From positions 1 to 24,280 of IMG/VR virus record IMGVR_UViG_3300003580_000017: a stretch of 24,280 nucleotides of DNA; one strand, given 5' to 3'. Of the stretch, positions 1 to 11,000 are shown piece by piece (position 1 is the stretch's first letter; each line of letters starts with the position of its first letter). Both the position numbers and the translations under genes were made by a program. Below the pieces are notes generated by a model. That model was not told the origin of the DNA. It searched no databases and worked only from the letters and a program-made list of their open reading frames with translations. This stretch comes from a virus (Duplodnaviria > Caudoviricetes).

Positions 1-262
1 TAATTCTAGGGAACCATGATGAAGCATAGAGTGTAGCAACATCTACCTCAGGGAATTTGATTGTGTTGAATATTCCTTGCTTCATAATATCCAACACATA
101 ATCATCAATGAACTCAGCATAGAATGCATTGACAGTTGCTTTCTTTGCATCATCTAGTGCGTTATACTTCACTAGATCAAAGTATACACATGAGCATTGA
201 TATCTCTGTGCATATGATGCAACTAGATCAAATACTTGTAACTCGTTACCTTCAATAATCAT
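1..262 (-). CDS. Hypothetical protein, partial (3' end runs off the window); MIIEGNELQVFDLVASYAQRYQCSCVYFDL...
   Basis: ATG at 262 overlaps the TGA of the upstream gene (ATGA coupling). The frame stays open for 87 codons to the window edge. Not in the supplied ORF track. Confidence 0.8.
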   Translation of the reverse strand, partial: MIIEGNELQVFDLVASYAQRYQCSCVYFDLVKYNALDDAKKATVNAFYAEFIDDYVLDIMKQGIFNTIKFPEVDVATLYASSWFPRI

Positions 263-1170
263 GCTGCACCTCCATCCTCATTCTGTTTTTCATCAACAAA
301 TCTAAGAAGATCTTCCAACCATTCTTTACGCGCTTCAATATCTTCTGCAGACAGTTCTGAAGACTCTGGTGTGTATGCTGCAGCATGTTGTACACTCTGA
401 TATTCATTCAGTAGTGTGTCAAAATAGTTTTTCTCTGTGAGAGATTTCAGTACAAGATACTGTGCGATTCTATCTCTGAATTGCTTGAGATAGTGTCTTC
501 CCATAGGAATGAATTGTTCTGGTGTTGCCAGGTATCCAAGTCCTGAGTTTTCTACAGAAAATAGTTTTTTATAAAATTCTGGAGAAATAGGAAACTTAGT
601 TTCCTCAACATTTGTAGTAAAGTCTCCAGTTGAAGTAATATCCCTTAGTTTCTGTCTGTACACTGTGTACATCTCTCTATCTTCAACACCTAGTGGTGAG
701 TCTGATGCTAATGCCCAATCAGTCTCATCTAGCAAGAAATTTCTAGCAAGTCTTACAGTCAGGGGAGACACTTGACGCTGCAGACCATACATTCTTATCA
801 GTTGCTGATTGTAATCATCTTCAGCAATAGAGTCTAGGAGATAAAATGCTTCAATGAGTTTATCTTTTAACTTGATTGCTTCAGCAGAATCAAGTTGCTC
901 CATCTCATACTCTTTCCACTCATACTCACCAGTCTTGAAGTTTTTAATATATCTACGACGCTTGGCAAAGTATGTACCATTGGTATAATAATTAAAAAAG
1001 ATCAACTTATCCTTATCTGTATCCCATAGAGGATACAGAAAGTCAGTCAACTCATCTTTCCAGTATGATTCTGGAATCGATTTGGGAATAGCGTTGTAGA
1101 TAATCTCTTGCTGAACTACGTCAAGTTGCACCTGTAACACAGGCATATCAGCTGAATTAAAGGTTGACAT
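259..1170 (-). CDS. Phage tail fibre assembly chaperone-like protein (303 aa)
   Basis: Contains RLARNFLLDETDWALASDSPL...YRQKLRDIT...FP, the R-N-x-L-L-x-x-T-D-W...YRQxLRD motif of phage tail assembly chaperones. Lies directly downstream of the fibre genes. Confidence 0.75.
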   Translation of the reverse strand: MSTFNSADMPVLQVQLDVVQQEIIYNAIPKSIPESYWKDELTDFLYPLWDTDKDKLIFFNYYTNGTYFAKRRRYIKNFKTGEYEWKEYEMEQLDSAEAIKLKDKLIEAFYLLDSIAEDDYNQQLIRMYGLQRQVSPLTVRLARNFLLDETDWALASDSPLGVEDREMYTVYRQKLRDITSTGDFTTNVEETKFPISPEFYKKLFSVENSGLGYLATPEQFIPMGRHYLKQFRDRIAQYLVLKSLTEKNYFDTLLNEYQSVQHAAAYTPESSELSAEDIEARKEWLEDLLRFVDEKQNEDGGAA

Positions 1171-1195
1171 ACTATCTAATATTAGTCTCCAAGTA

Positions 1196-1203
1196 TATTT
1201 AGA
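1196..1203 (-). promoter_or_regulatory. Possible T4-type late promoter variant (TCTAAATA)
   Basis: One mismatch from TATAAATA. Overlaps the stop codon of the 1271-aa gene and lies about 25 nt upstream of the ATG at 1170. Confidence 0.5.
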
Positions 1204-4200
1204 ATGCTTTGATTAGGTACTTACAGAGTCTGTATGGGTGCAGCAGTGGAATGTCAAAGTCTGGGTCAATAACTGCTGTTGGTTCAACTTTGGTGGTTGA
1301 CTTCATCTGTAGTGTTGCATCAGAAGATCCAAGACCAGAACTATATGTAATACCAGGACCAGTCTCACCCTGAATAGTATAAGACAGAGAATCAACTGCT
1401 GGTTTAGAGATAGCACCTGCTGTTGGAACAAATACCAGTTCAGATACTTTCTCATTCCAAACAATGAATTCAGCAATACCATAGTGGTCACTATTTCCAT
1501 CATTATCATTTGCAGCAGATGCAGTTGCCCTTGGTTGTTCAACTTTAAATTGAGTTCCTGGTGCTCTTGCCTGTTGTGGTAGTGCTACAGAATATGTGTA
1601 CCACTTAGTATTACCAGATGAACCATCCCATGATTGAGATACTGCAGGAACAGCACCAATGATAGGGTCAGTTCTAGTTGCATTTGGATTGATGATGGTG
1701 TCTAGTAGAACCCATGTAGTAGATCCAGCAAGTCTGTAATATGCTCTCAATACTTCTTCTGGTACATCACCACCATTTACACCATTACCTCTACATGCTT
1801 TGATAGAGAAGTAATGTGCATCCTCAGTATTTACTGCAACTGTAATTGCAAATCTAGTTGGGTTTGTAGAACTAGTTCCACCAAACTTTAGATAGTTTGT
1901 ATATATTGCTGCCGTACCAGGAATGACTTGCAGTGTGGCAACTGCACCAGATGCAGGATCAATAGTTGCAGAACCAACGGCAACTTTACCAGCACCATTC
2001 ATGACATAAACATATGGAACTTCTGTATATCCTGTACCACCATTGGTCAGGTTGAGTGCAGTAACTCTTCCACCAGATAGTGATGCTGTTGCTGTTGCTC
2101 CTGTACCATCACCAACAATGTATACAGTAGGAACCTGAGTGGTTGGTAGTTTGAAGTTGCCAGAAGTTCCAGTTCCATCACCACTTCCGTAGATATTGAT
2201 GTCCCAATTGTTTGCGTCTTGAGAACCACTATCAATAACATCACCAATAGTAGTAGAGGTGAATCCACCTTCATATCCAACAATTTTACCTAAACCAACT
2301 CTTACATATCCACTGCCACCATTAGATGTTGTACCTGTGGTAGATCCGCCCATGGATACACCACCAGCACCAGCACCAACCCAGACTTGTACTGTAGATG
2401 GTTCACCTAGATCACCCCAAGGAATAGATCCTAACCAACTGCCAGCACCACCGCCACCACCTCCACCAGGAGTCCAGTAGTCATCATTGTAATTAACACT
2501 AATAGAACCATATGAACCACCACCTGCAGAACCTAGTGATCCAGATGAGAAGTAATCAGATCTGTAGGAACTGACGCCAGATAGTCCTCCACCGCCACCA
2601 CCGTGACCGCCATCAGCACCAGGACCACCACCAGGACCACCAGACGCGCCACCATTACCAACACCAGAGAAGGTTAGACCGTTGCGAGCGCAACCGCCTC
2701 CACCACCGCCGCCACCACCGCCGACGCAACCATATGCACCACCAGTACCACCAGCACCAGCACCTAGTGCCTGAGTTGTTGATTGTAATCCTGCTGGGGG
2801 TCCAGATCCATTTACTCCAGCACCACCGTCATAACCAGTAGCACCTGCTCCACCACCGCCACCAGCACCAGCAACGATCTGTGATCCTCTGAGTAATACC
2901 GTGGATGCACCTCCGCCACCGCCGTCAGCATCATTGTGTCCTTCACCACCAGATCCACCGCGACCAGAGTGTGATGCACTACCACCACCTGGGGGACTGT
3001 TGCCAGATGCACCATATCCACCATTGCCACCTGTCTGTACACTCCAGATGTAGTTCTTCATCGTGGACAGTTGGGTGCTATTTAATTGTAGAGAAACATA
3101 TGCTCCAGATGCACCATTATATCCACCTCTAGCACCACCGCCATTGCCTCCTTTAAGAACGAAGGTTGCACTAATTGGGTTACCTATACTTCCTAAACTA
3201 AAATTACCATTGCTGCTTAGAGTTTGATTGTATGTTCCACTCTGTCCACCAACAAATACGTTAATACCAGCAGATCCTGTTCCCAATGGGTTACCAACAG
3301 CAGGACCACCTTGTCCACCACCATTTGGATTATTTGGATAATCAACTGCGGGCCAACCTTGTGATGTAATACCCTGTGTTCCAGAGAATCCAGCTAGACC
3401 TTGGAATTGACCTGAGAATGGTTCAGATCCTGCATTTGTTGCTCCACCAGAAGCACCACCCGCTCCACCATTTTGTCCTTGAGTTGCTCCGCCACCTTTG
3501 CCACCTTCAGCAGTCAACCATACTTTAGATCCATCACCAACTTTAACAATACTATTTCCACCATCATTGCCACCGCGAGTTCCAGCAGCACCAGATCCAC
3601 CACCACCGATTGCGTTAACAATTAATTGGTCTGGTGTACCACCAGTAATATTTGTCAGGTTGATGCTATATGGTCCACCAGGAGATGTAAATTCCCACTC
3701 TTGAGTGAAGTCAAAGATAGGAACACCACCAGTGTTAATCGTTCGTCCACCAATTGTAGATGCACCAGTGAATGTCAGTGATGTTGGGTTAGGAATGAAT
3801 GTTAAAAACTCATATGTTCCTGCACCCTGAGCACCAGATGCAAGATAGAATTGCTCAGTCTCTGCAACTGTAGGATCTTTAATACTACCATTGCCACCAG
3901 CACCACCTTGCCAGTCAAATACATCATATGTTGCGACTGTGTTATCAGTGTTTGGTTGTCTTAATAGACCATGTTTGTGAGTAAATACCTGACCTGTTGT
4001 TGGATACCATCTACTCAGTCTTCCACTACCCTCACGATAGTCTTGTAAGTATCTGTCTCCAGCACCCTCAGCAATCCATGTAGTTGTACCAGGAATACTA
4101 TGATATACTGTGTGACTATGTTGAGGAGCACCAGTTAGTTTGGTCTCTCTCATCGTCACTGTGATGGTCTGAGATCCAATAATATCTACGCCTGTTGTTT

Positions 4201-5014
4201 CAATGACGCGCTCATATCCAGTTGTGGTGATTCTACCTAGAGAGAAGTAATCATCTTGCTGGTTTCTATCTAGATACCAAGCACCACCAGTTGTGCCAAC
4301 ACCTAGAGTGGAGTTACCGATATTGGGTGAGTTGTTACCAAATACAGCACTGTTACCTACAATCTTTTTCGCAACAGTATCAGGAACAGCAAATGTGCCT
4401 AGGTATGGGTCACCCCATAGTTCCATAACATTAAATTTATTGACACCCTGAATTGCTCCATTAACTGGATTAATTCTAGCAACTGCTTGTGCTCCACTAC
4501 CACCACCTCCACTAATAGTGACAGTGGGTGGATTTTCTGGGTCATATCCTTCACCAGAAATAATAATATCAATCTGTTTAACTGTACCAGATTGTATATC
4601 AATTGTTGCTGCAGCAGTTGCTACAATTCCACCAGCAGCAGGAGCACTGAGACTTACTACAGGAGCAGATGTATATCCAGATCCACCATTGATTACATCA
4701 ATACCACTACTAGATCTGCCACCGTAATCATTACCAATGATTTGGAATAGTGCAGGATAGTCAGCAATATTATGTTCAGATCCATCACAATATAGATATC
4801 CATCATGAGTATATGCTGGATCATCACCAAGTTGATACGCATTACCTGCTGTATCAGTTAGTGCTGGATATGAAGTAGCATTGTACTTAATAAAACTATG
4901 GTCATACGAGTTCGCCCCTGACTTTAAGTTGGGAACAATAGCACCAATTGGTGTTGTATCAACTAAAAGATCAGTCAGAAATCCTTTTCTAGCGTTTCTA
5001 TAACTTTGCGACAT
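1199..5014 (-). CDS. Tail collar domain / glycine-rich tail fibre protein (1271 aa)
   Basis: N-terminal collar motif (PIGAIVP...GYLYCDGSEHNIADYPALFQIIGNDYGG...FAVPD), GGSGYTSAP-type cyanophage beta repeats, HxH motifs (QHSHTVYH, THKHG), a long Gly-rich region and a C-terminal YLIKAF collar-closing motif. Confidence 0.85.
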   Translation of the reverse strand: MSQSYRNARKGFLTDLLVDTTPIGAIVPNLKSGANSYDHSFIKYNATSYPALTDTAGNAYQLGDDPAYTHDGYLYCDGSEHNIADYPALFQIIGNDYGGRSSSGIDVINGGSGYTSAPVVSLSAPAAGGIVATAAATIDIQSGTVKQIDIIISGEGYDPENPPTVTISGGGGSGAQAVARINPVNGAIQGVNKFNVMELWGDPYLGTFAVPDTVAKKIVGNSAVFGNNSPNIGNSTLGVGTTGGAWYLDRNQQDDYFSLGRITTTGYERVIETTGVDIIGSQTITVTMRETKLTGAPQHSHTVYHSIPGTTTWIAEGAGDRYLQDYREGSGRLSRWYPTTGQVFTHKHGLLRQPNTDNTVATYDVFDWQGGAGGNGSIKDPTVAETEQFYLASGAQGAGTYEFLTFIPNPTSLTFTGASTIGGRTINTGGVPIFDFTQEWEFTSPGGPYSINLTNITGGTPDQLIVNAIGGGGSGAAGTRGGNDGGNSIVKVGDGSKVWLTAEGGKGGGATQGQNGGAGGASGGATNAGSEPFSGQFQGLAGFSGTQGITSQGWPAVDYPNNPNGGGQGGPAVGNPLGTGSAGINVFVGGQSGTYNQTLSSNGNFSLGSIGNPISATFVLKGGNGGGARGGYNGASGAYVSLQLNSTQLSTMKNYIWSVQTGGNGGYGASGNSPPGGGSASHSGRGGSGGEGHNDADGGGGGASTVLLRGSQIVAGAGGGGGAGATGYDGGAGVNGSGPPAGLQSTTQALGAGAGGTGGAYGCVGGGGGGGGGGCARNGLTFSGVGNGGASGGPGGGPGADGGHGGGGGGLSGVSSYRSDYFSSGSLGSAGGGSYGSISVNYNDDYWTPGGGGGGGAGSWLGSIPWGDLGEPSTVQVWVGAGAGGVSMGGSTTGTTSNGGSGYVRVGLGKIVGYEGGFTSTTIGDVIDSGSQDANNWDINIYGSGDGTGTSGNFKLPTTQVPTVYIVGDGTGATATASLSGGRVTALNLTNGGTGYTEVPYVYVMNGAGKVAVGSATIDPASGAVATLQVIPGTAAIYTNYLKFGGTSSTNPTRFAITVAVNTEDAHYFSIKACRGNGVNGGDVPEEVLRAYYRLAGSTTWVLLDTIINPNATRTDPIIGAVPAVSQSWDGSSGNTKWYTYSVALPQQARAPGTQFKVEQPRATASAANDNDGNSDHYGIAEFIVWNEKVSELVFVPTAGAISKPAVDSLSYTIQGETGPGITYSSGLGSSDATLQMKSTTKVEPTAVIDPDFDIPLLHPYRLCKYLIKAF
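2290..3620 (-). repeat. Glycine-rich low-complexity coding region (GGT/GGC/GGA runs)
   Basis: Runs such as GGGGGGGGGC and GAGGGGGAGA in the translation, seen as dense accaccaccg tracts on the + strand. Boundaries are approximate. Confidence 0.85.
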
Positions 5015-5017
5015 GAC

Positions 5018-6397
5018 TTAAGTTTTAATTAAATATTCCATGACAATAAATGGGGCACATGCAGCATCGATAGAAACCGATGAATCTGTGCCAATGTCCA
5101 TCTGTGTGATTAAGTTTTCAGGTGGAACAATGATTGCTCTAGTTTTTACTTTATATGAATGATCACCAACTTCTAAATCAACTCTATGAGAGTGTCTGGT
5201 TGGATCTGTTCCAGGTGCAATCGTTAAATCGGTTGTATCAGTAGTAGCATTTTCGATGTCCGTTGTTGCAGGATCTCTATCATTTACAGCGAAGTTAGAC
5301 TGCAGTGGTAGTACATCATATAAACTATTATCTTGGAAGTCATTAGGTACACCTTGAGCACCCTGAACATAAGTAACAGGAACATCATTTGAGGAGTCTT
5401 GTCCTGCAGTTCCACTACCAGTTGATGGACATGCAATTAGAGCATTGAAGTTAGAATAATACTGTGCGACATTACTGTCATCAGCAGATCCATCTAGAGA
5501 ATCTCTAGGTACAGTGTAGGCAGAGTTATTAATGCAGTTGTAAGTATACTGTTCACCAAATCCAAAGATACATCCACCCCAGTAAATTGTACCTGCACCA
5601 AAGTATTCATAAACTGGTTGTCCATCTGCAACACCACTGTTTGGATTCCACTGGTCGATAGCTAGACAAGGTTGTTGTCCACTTCCAGGTTCTCCACTAC
5701 TATTTACAGTTGCATCTAACCAATCTTGGATATCGATTGTAGATGCATTTCTTCTACCAGTTTGACCCTGAGCAATTGGTTCTGCACTAGATGCTTCGTT
5801 CGTAGAAAAGTTTCTTGCTCTTACAGCACTGTGGAAGTGTGAGTGTGGATGCAATGCATTTTCTTCTACACCTTCTAGTTCTGTGTAATGAGTGTCCCCA
5901 GCATATGTGTATGATGGTTTACCTCTAACAATAATTTCCTGCGATGGAACACTGATCTCACCACTATATGTGATTCTTACACTATCTCCAATAGCAGATA
6001 CTGCTTCAATACCAATACCAGACCTACTGACTTCATTGCCTAACGCATTGTTGAGGCGGATATTATTATAAACACCAGCGTTAGCACCAGATGTTGGTTC
6101 TGGATATTTAGAACCGAGATCAGGAGTTACAAATTGTCCTGCTGTAATAGTATCAAACAAAGTGCCATCAATATTTCTTTTTAGAAATTTACAATCTTCA
6201 CCCGCACCCAAAATTGCTGCCAATCTTGGATAGTCGTCAGCAAAATACTTTGTTCCATCACATTTCAAATAACCAGCAGGTAAATTTGTTGGGTTTGCAC
6301 CGTTTTCTGGATCTCCATCATATTGCACTGGCCAAATAATAACTTGACCAGTCAAATTACCATACTTTGCTCTTTCTTTTGAGTAAAATGTTGCCAT
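5018..6397 (-). CDS. Tail collar domain protein / short tail fibre-like (459 aa)
   Basis: TGQVIIWP...LPAGYLKCDGTKYFADDYPRLAAILG...FVTPDL collar motif, HPHSHFH and RHSH motifs, C-terminal PFIVMEYLIKT. Confidence 0.85.
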   Translation of the reverse strand: MATFYSKERAKYGNLTGQVIIWPVQYDGDPENGANPTNLPAGYLKCDGTKYFADDYPRLAAILGAGEDCKFLKRNIDGTLFDTITAGQFVTPDLGSKYPEPTSGANAGVYNNIRLNNALGNEVSRSGIGIEAVSAIGDSVRITYSGEISVPSQEIIVRGKPSYTYAGDTHYTELEGVEENALHPHSHFHSAVRARNFSTNEASSAEPIAQGQTGRRNASTIDIQDWLDATVNSSGEPGSGQQPCLAIDQWNPNSGVADGQPVYEYFGAGTIYWGGCIFGFGEQYTYNCINNSAYTVPRDSLDGSADDSNVAQYYSNFNALIACPSTGSGTAGQDSSNDVPVTYVQGAQGVPNDFQDNSLYDVLPLQSNFAVNDRDPATTDIENATTDTTDLTIAPGTDPTRHSHRVDLEVGDHSYKVKTRAIIVPPENLITQMDIGTDSSVSIDAACAPFIVMEYLIKT

Positions 6398-8061
6398 TAG
6401 TATGCTTTGATGATGAATGTCATTGTAAGACTTGGTTGTGATGTATCACATGAGATATTTAGAGCGTTTTCAAGGCTTTCTGCTTGCAATGAGGATCCAT
6501 CTGCATCAGATGCTGTGTGTGATGGTGGACCCGCCATCGATCCAATTCCCTGAGCAATTTCAAAACTACCATGATTATGTGATCTAAACGCTTGATCCGT
6601 AGGGTCTTTGTTTGCAGCACCCAAGTTCAAACTAACTGGGAACGCTCCATGTCTAAATTGTAGGTCATAACTACCACTCACTAGCGCAGGTGTATTCAGT
6701 TGGATTGTATAAACACCAGTTGCTTCATCATAATCAATGTTCTGAACCATTGCACCTTCTCTTAGAACATCATATTTTTCGTCTACATTAACTGGTGTAA
6801 CATACATCAAAGGAGTGATAGCATCATATTGGAACCAGTTATCTGGATATGTTCCATATGGTGTCTTAAGATCTGTTCCAGGGGGTAGTATAACATTGGA
6901 TGTAGCGTCTAGTGTACATCCATTAACAGAAAATACTGGTGCTAGTTCTGGGTCATCAACTAGACCGTCTGCTCTAACACTTCCACCAGTCTTATATCCG
7001 AAGAAGTTAGGTCTACTTCTGGTTTCCATGGGTCTAGGAAAATATCCTTGGTGACATGGCGTTTTGTGAGTGTCAACTGGAACTGTAGTAAATGTATCAG
7101 AGTTGCCGCGACCAAAGATAACTGCATCATAGTTATCAGTTGAATGACCAGAACCTCTGTTAGCACCTTCTCTAAAGTTAGACTCACCACAGGGAACAAA
7201 TCCCCAGTAATCCTTTCCTGTACTATCCTGAATGAATTCCATGAAAGTATCACATCTAGGGAGAGTGTTCTCCTTACCACCATCACCATAAAATGTCAAG
7301 TTCACAGCACCTTCTTGCCATGTAGTTGGCTCAGTATCATTCAACTGACATGTGTTTGGACCTCTAGTAATACTACACTGCATCGATGCATTACCTGTCA
7401 TGACAATACCACCATCAGTTCTGAATGGCATTGGTCCACTAGCGTTTGGGTTGACAGATGTAATACTGTCACCATGTCCGTGTGATGGTGTATGATTGAT
7501 TCCTAATTTTCTGTTGAGTGTGTGAACTGTCTCCAGAAAGTCAGGTGCAGTCAACACCATATCTGTAAATTTAAAATATAGATTACCTGCTAGATTCAAT
7601 GTAAAATCAATATCAGCAGATGCTTCATGTGTAGTTCTAATTGGATTGGTTTCACCATAGTCTTTGACTAGATCACCAATGATATTTCCATTCTCATCAT
7701 ATATTGTTGTTGCAACATCTGTCTGACCATATTGATACTTTGGATCCAATAGATTATCATACTCCAAATCCATCAAGACTGAGTTAGATAACTGAGGTAA
7801 TCTAAACTCTGCTGCGGTATCAACATATGGAAACTCATAATGATCACCACCAGCATTAGTCATGTCACCACCATATGTGTCACCAATAACTGATGCCAGC
7901 AATGGATAATCAGAAGCAGAAAGTGTTTGTCCTTTACAAACAATCCATCCTTTTGGGATGTTAGAGGCAAGGAATCCCGTGCCTCCATCCCCTCCCCATG
8001 GCATGATGCTGCCAATTTTGGCAACTCTCATGCTCTTAATTGAGTCGTAGTATGCAGTCAT
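6397..8061 (-). CDS. Tail collar domain protein / short tail fibre-like (554 aa)
   Basis: IGSIMPWGG...IPKGWIVCKGQTLSASDYPLLASVIGDTYGG...FRLPQL collar motif, HTPSHGH and SHNH motifs, C-terminal QPSLTMTFIIKAY. TAATG stop/start coupling with the next gene. Confidence 0.88.
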   Translation of the reverse strand: MTAYYDSIKSMRVAKIGSIMPWGGDGGTGFLASNIPKGWIVCKGQTLSASDYPLLASVIGDTYGGDMTNAGGDHYEFPYVDTAAEFRLPQLSNSVLMDLEYDNLLDPKYQYGQTDVATTIYDENGNIIGDLVKDYGETNPIRTTHEASADIDFTLNLAGNLYFKFTDMVLTAPDFLETVHTLNRKLGINHTPSHGHGDSITSVNPNASGPMPFRTDGGIVMTGNASMQCSITRGPNTCQLNDTEPTTWQEGAVNLTFYGDGGKENTLPRCDTFMEFIQDSTGKDYWGFVPCGESNFREGANRGSGHSTDNYDAVIFGRGNSDTFTTVPVDTHKTPCHQGYFPRPMETRSRPNFFGYKTGGSVRADGLVDDPELAPVFSVNGCTLDATSNVILPPGTDLKTPYGTYPDNWFQYDAITPLMYVTPVNVDEKYDVLREGAMVQNIDYDEATGVYTIQLNTPALVSGSYDLQFRHGAFPVSLNLGAANKDPTDQAFRSHNHGSFEIAQGIGSMAGPPSHTASDADGSSLQAESLENALNISCDTSQPSLTMTFIIKAY

Positions 8062-8071
8062 TTGTTCTAAA

Positions 8072-11000
8072 TTAGAGTTCCATCAACCACCAACCGCGTA
8101 GTGCAGGTGGAATTGTTTGTGCGTTTGCAGATCCTTCGATATCATTGATACCAACATATAGTAGACCGAACGCAGCATTACGAGTTTGAATGACTAGTTC
8201 TCCAGAATCCCATGCAGTTGTCAGTGCTTGACCAGCACCTGCACCAACCTTAGACCCAGTGCCATCACCTTGGATAGGTGTAGCGACATTCGCAACTTTC
8301 AGTGCTCTAATAATCAAACTTGTATTGTATGTCAGGTTACCACTGAGTTCAATGAATCTAATCATGTCACCCGTCTGTGCATCATCTGGCAGATAGAGAA
8401 CCATGTTGCTACCAGAAGCAGCATTAATGATGTAGTTGTTGTTGACTTGCAATGCATTATCTTGCTGCTGACCAATGCCAGTTGCAGGATCGAATGCGAC
8501 ATAGGTCTGTCTTCTACCACCGTTACCTGTCCAGTATTTCTCAATGCCGAACGAATCGATAGCGTTGTTGTGATAGATTCTGAAGTCTTTAGCACCCTCA
8601 GTACCACCAACACCAGCAGATCCTAGGTTGTCGATATGGAACATGACTTCAGCAGCCAGTTCTTCCTCTCTAACCTTACCTGCCTGATAGAACTTCTCAC
8701 CCATCTCAACATTACCTTCTTTGTTGGTAACGCGGAAAGATGTTTCGGTAGAACAGATACCGTTGCTCTGGCAATCATCATAGTAAACCTTAAGGTCGCC
8801 ATAGAATGTACCAGGACCCTTGAGAGTTAGACCGTTGGTGCTAGTCTTAGGATCTTCGATAGATCCGTCACCAGAGTGACCGTCATCGTTAGAGATTGCC
8901 ATGATCAGGGTCTTGCCATCAGAACCATACATTCTGAATGCACCACTGTAAACCTCAACATCATCATAGATGGTTGTCTTGCCACCATTGAACAGTTTGA
9001 CTGGTTCAGTTGCAAGTGTGTTGGGGTATCTAATCTGCTTAGGCAGTTTGATAGCATAGAAGATATCGAGAGAACCATCAACACTATCAGCAACGAAGAA
9101 TTCGTTACCGATTCTCATCATTGTAAAGTAATCTAGTTTTGGAGAAATTAGATCAGCATCACGCAGAGTTAGTTCTAGTCTGATATCACTGGTGTTAGGT
9201 GTGCGTGCCTTAAGTGCAGTAGCACGATCTGCTTGTGTAGCAGGAATATCATGTAGGAGAGTTGTTGTTCTGTCATACTTCTCAAGTTTGACAACCTGAA
9301 CACCTGCTTGGAATGACTGTGCAGTTGTACCCTCAACACCTCTACCACCGTTAACATATTCAGCGTTGCTAGATGTTGGTAGGAAGAACTGACCACCACT
9401 CTCATATGGATCATCAGTAATCTGAATGATCTCAATCTGTGCATCAGTGATGTACATTGCAACGAAATCACCCTTCGTAAAGGAAGTAACATTAGATGTA
9501 ATTTCAATGTTAGATGTAGCAGGAACAATAGGTGCTGCGATTGTGCTGATAGGACCTGTAGTTAGTTCAGTCTGTGGATCGAATCTGTAGACTGTACATA
9601 CATCAGAGTCAGCAGTGTATGCAGCAGGCGATGTGCCAAACTGTTCTGCAAGGAAGAACACAGTACCATGAGTATTACCGATGGTTGTGTCACCTGTGCA
9701 GGTATCAACTTCAAATGTTGTGATTGGAATTGTTGCACCATTTGTGATGGTGAGTTTATTATTTGTAGTAGCGTTCTGGAATGGTGTTGTGCAAGATCCC
9801 TTGAGCAGTAGTCCACCCTTGATCTCAACATCACCCTTGGAATCAATCTTACCAGTTGTGGAATCTACCTCAAATACTACCTCTTCATTAGCAGTATCAC
9901 AACCGTTCTTGATCCTCAGCTTCTTAGCAATCAGATCAAGTAAAGTATTAACCTTGAATACTTCACCCTGGTCATCAACACCATCACCTGCAGGTGTGCC
10001 ATCTTCACGATCAACGATGATGTAATCACCGATATCGATGCTACCACCGAACTGAGACAGGTAGACATTCTCTTCAACTCCTGCACCATCAATATATTGT
10101 GTGGTCCAGGTAGCGTCAAACTGAACATTACACTTGTAGATAGGTGTATTGTCGTTATGATCGCTTCTGATTGCTGTAAATGTACCGAATGGTCTTCTCT
10201 CAACAATGATATAGTATGGAGCAATATTGATTCTAGGTGTGCTTACGACACGGACGAATTCAGGATGCTTAGTTCCACCACTATCATCTGTATCGATGAG
10301 CAAGATGTCATTCTCAGTGAAGTATGGGTTACCATTAGAATCATATGGACGATTCTTAAGTGGTACATAGTATTGCTCACCAGTTAGAGCACCCAGAACC
10401 TGAGGTTCAATCAGTGGTGTACCACCGATAGTGGTGATTTCGTTCTGGAATACAGTTCCACCCCAATCACCAGTACCAGCAGTATCAACTTCATTGTAAA
10501 CCTGATCAGTTTCTAGAACTCTCAGAACATCAACAATGTCAGTGTTAGCATTGAAGAGATTATTGCCAAGATCGCCAGTGTTGTGTGCGAATGCAACCGA
10601 ACCCATCTGTGCTCTAAAAGCAGTGAAGGAGTACGATGCAAATCCACCACACAGTGTAACATCAGCATTAAATCTAGCAGTAGAATCTACGACTAGGTTG
10701 TTTCTAACCTTGGTTGTACCACCCTGACCTGCAATGTTGATCTCAGATGCGTTAGTTGCAAAGTCTAGTCTGACTGTAGCAGAGTTACCAGAGAAGAACT
10801 CAACGGAACCTGCAGTAGATGTCAACTTAACAGTGTCACTTAGTCCGCGTCTGGTGCCAAGTTGCATGTCACCAGATACCTTCAGAGACTTGGTGTCAAT
10901 CTGAGTGAAGGATAGAGACTCGTTATTGTTATATGCACCACCAATAGTGATCTTAGAAATATTGGTTGGATCATCTGGCGTGTTACCAAACCAGATATTG

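Noticed and set aside
2290-3620. Collagen-like triple helix in the Gly-rich region
   Set aside because: Glycines occur in runs rather than a sustained Gly-X-Y period.
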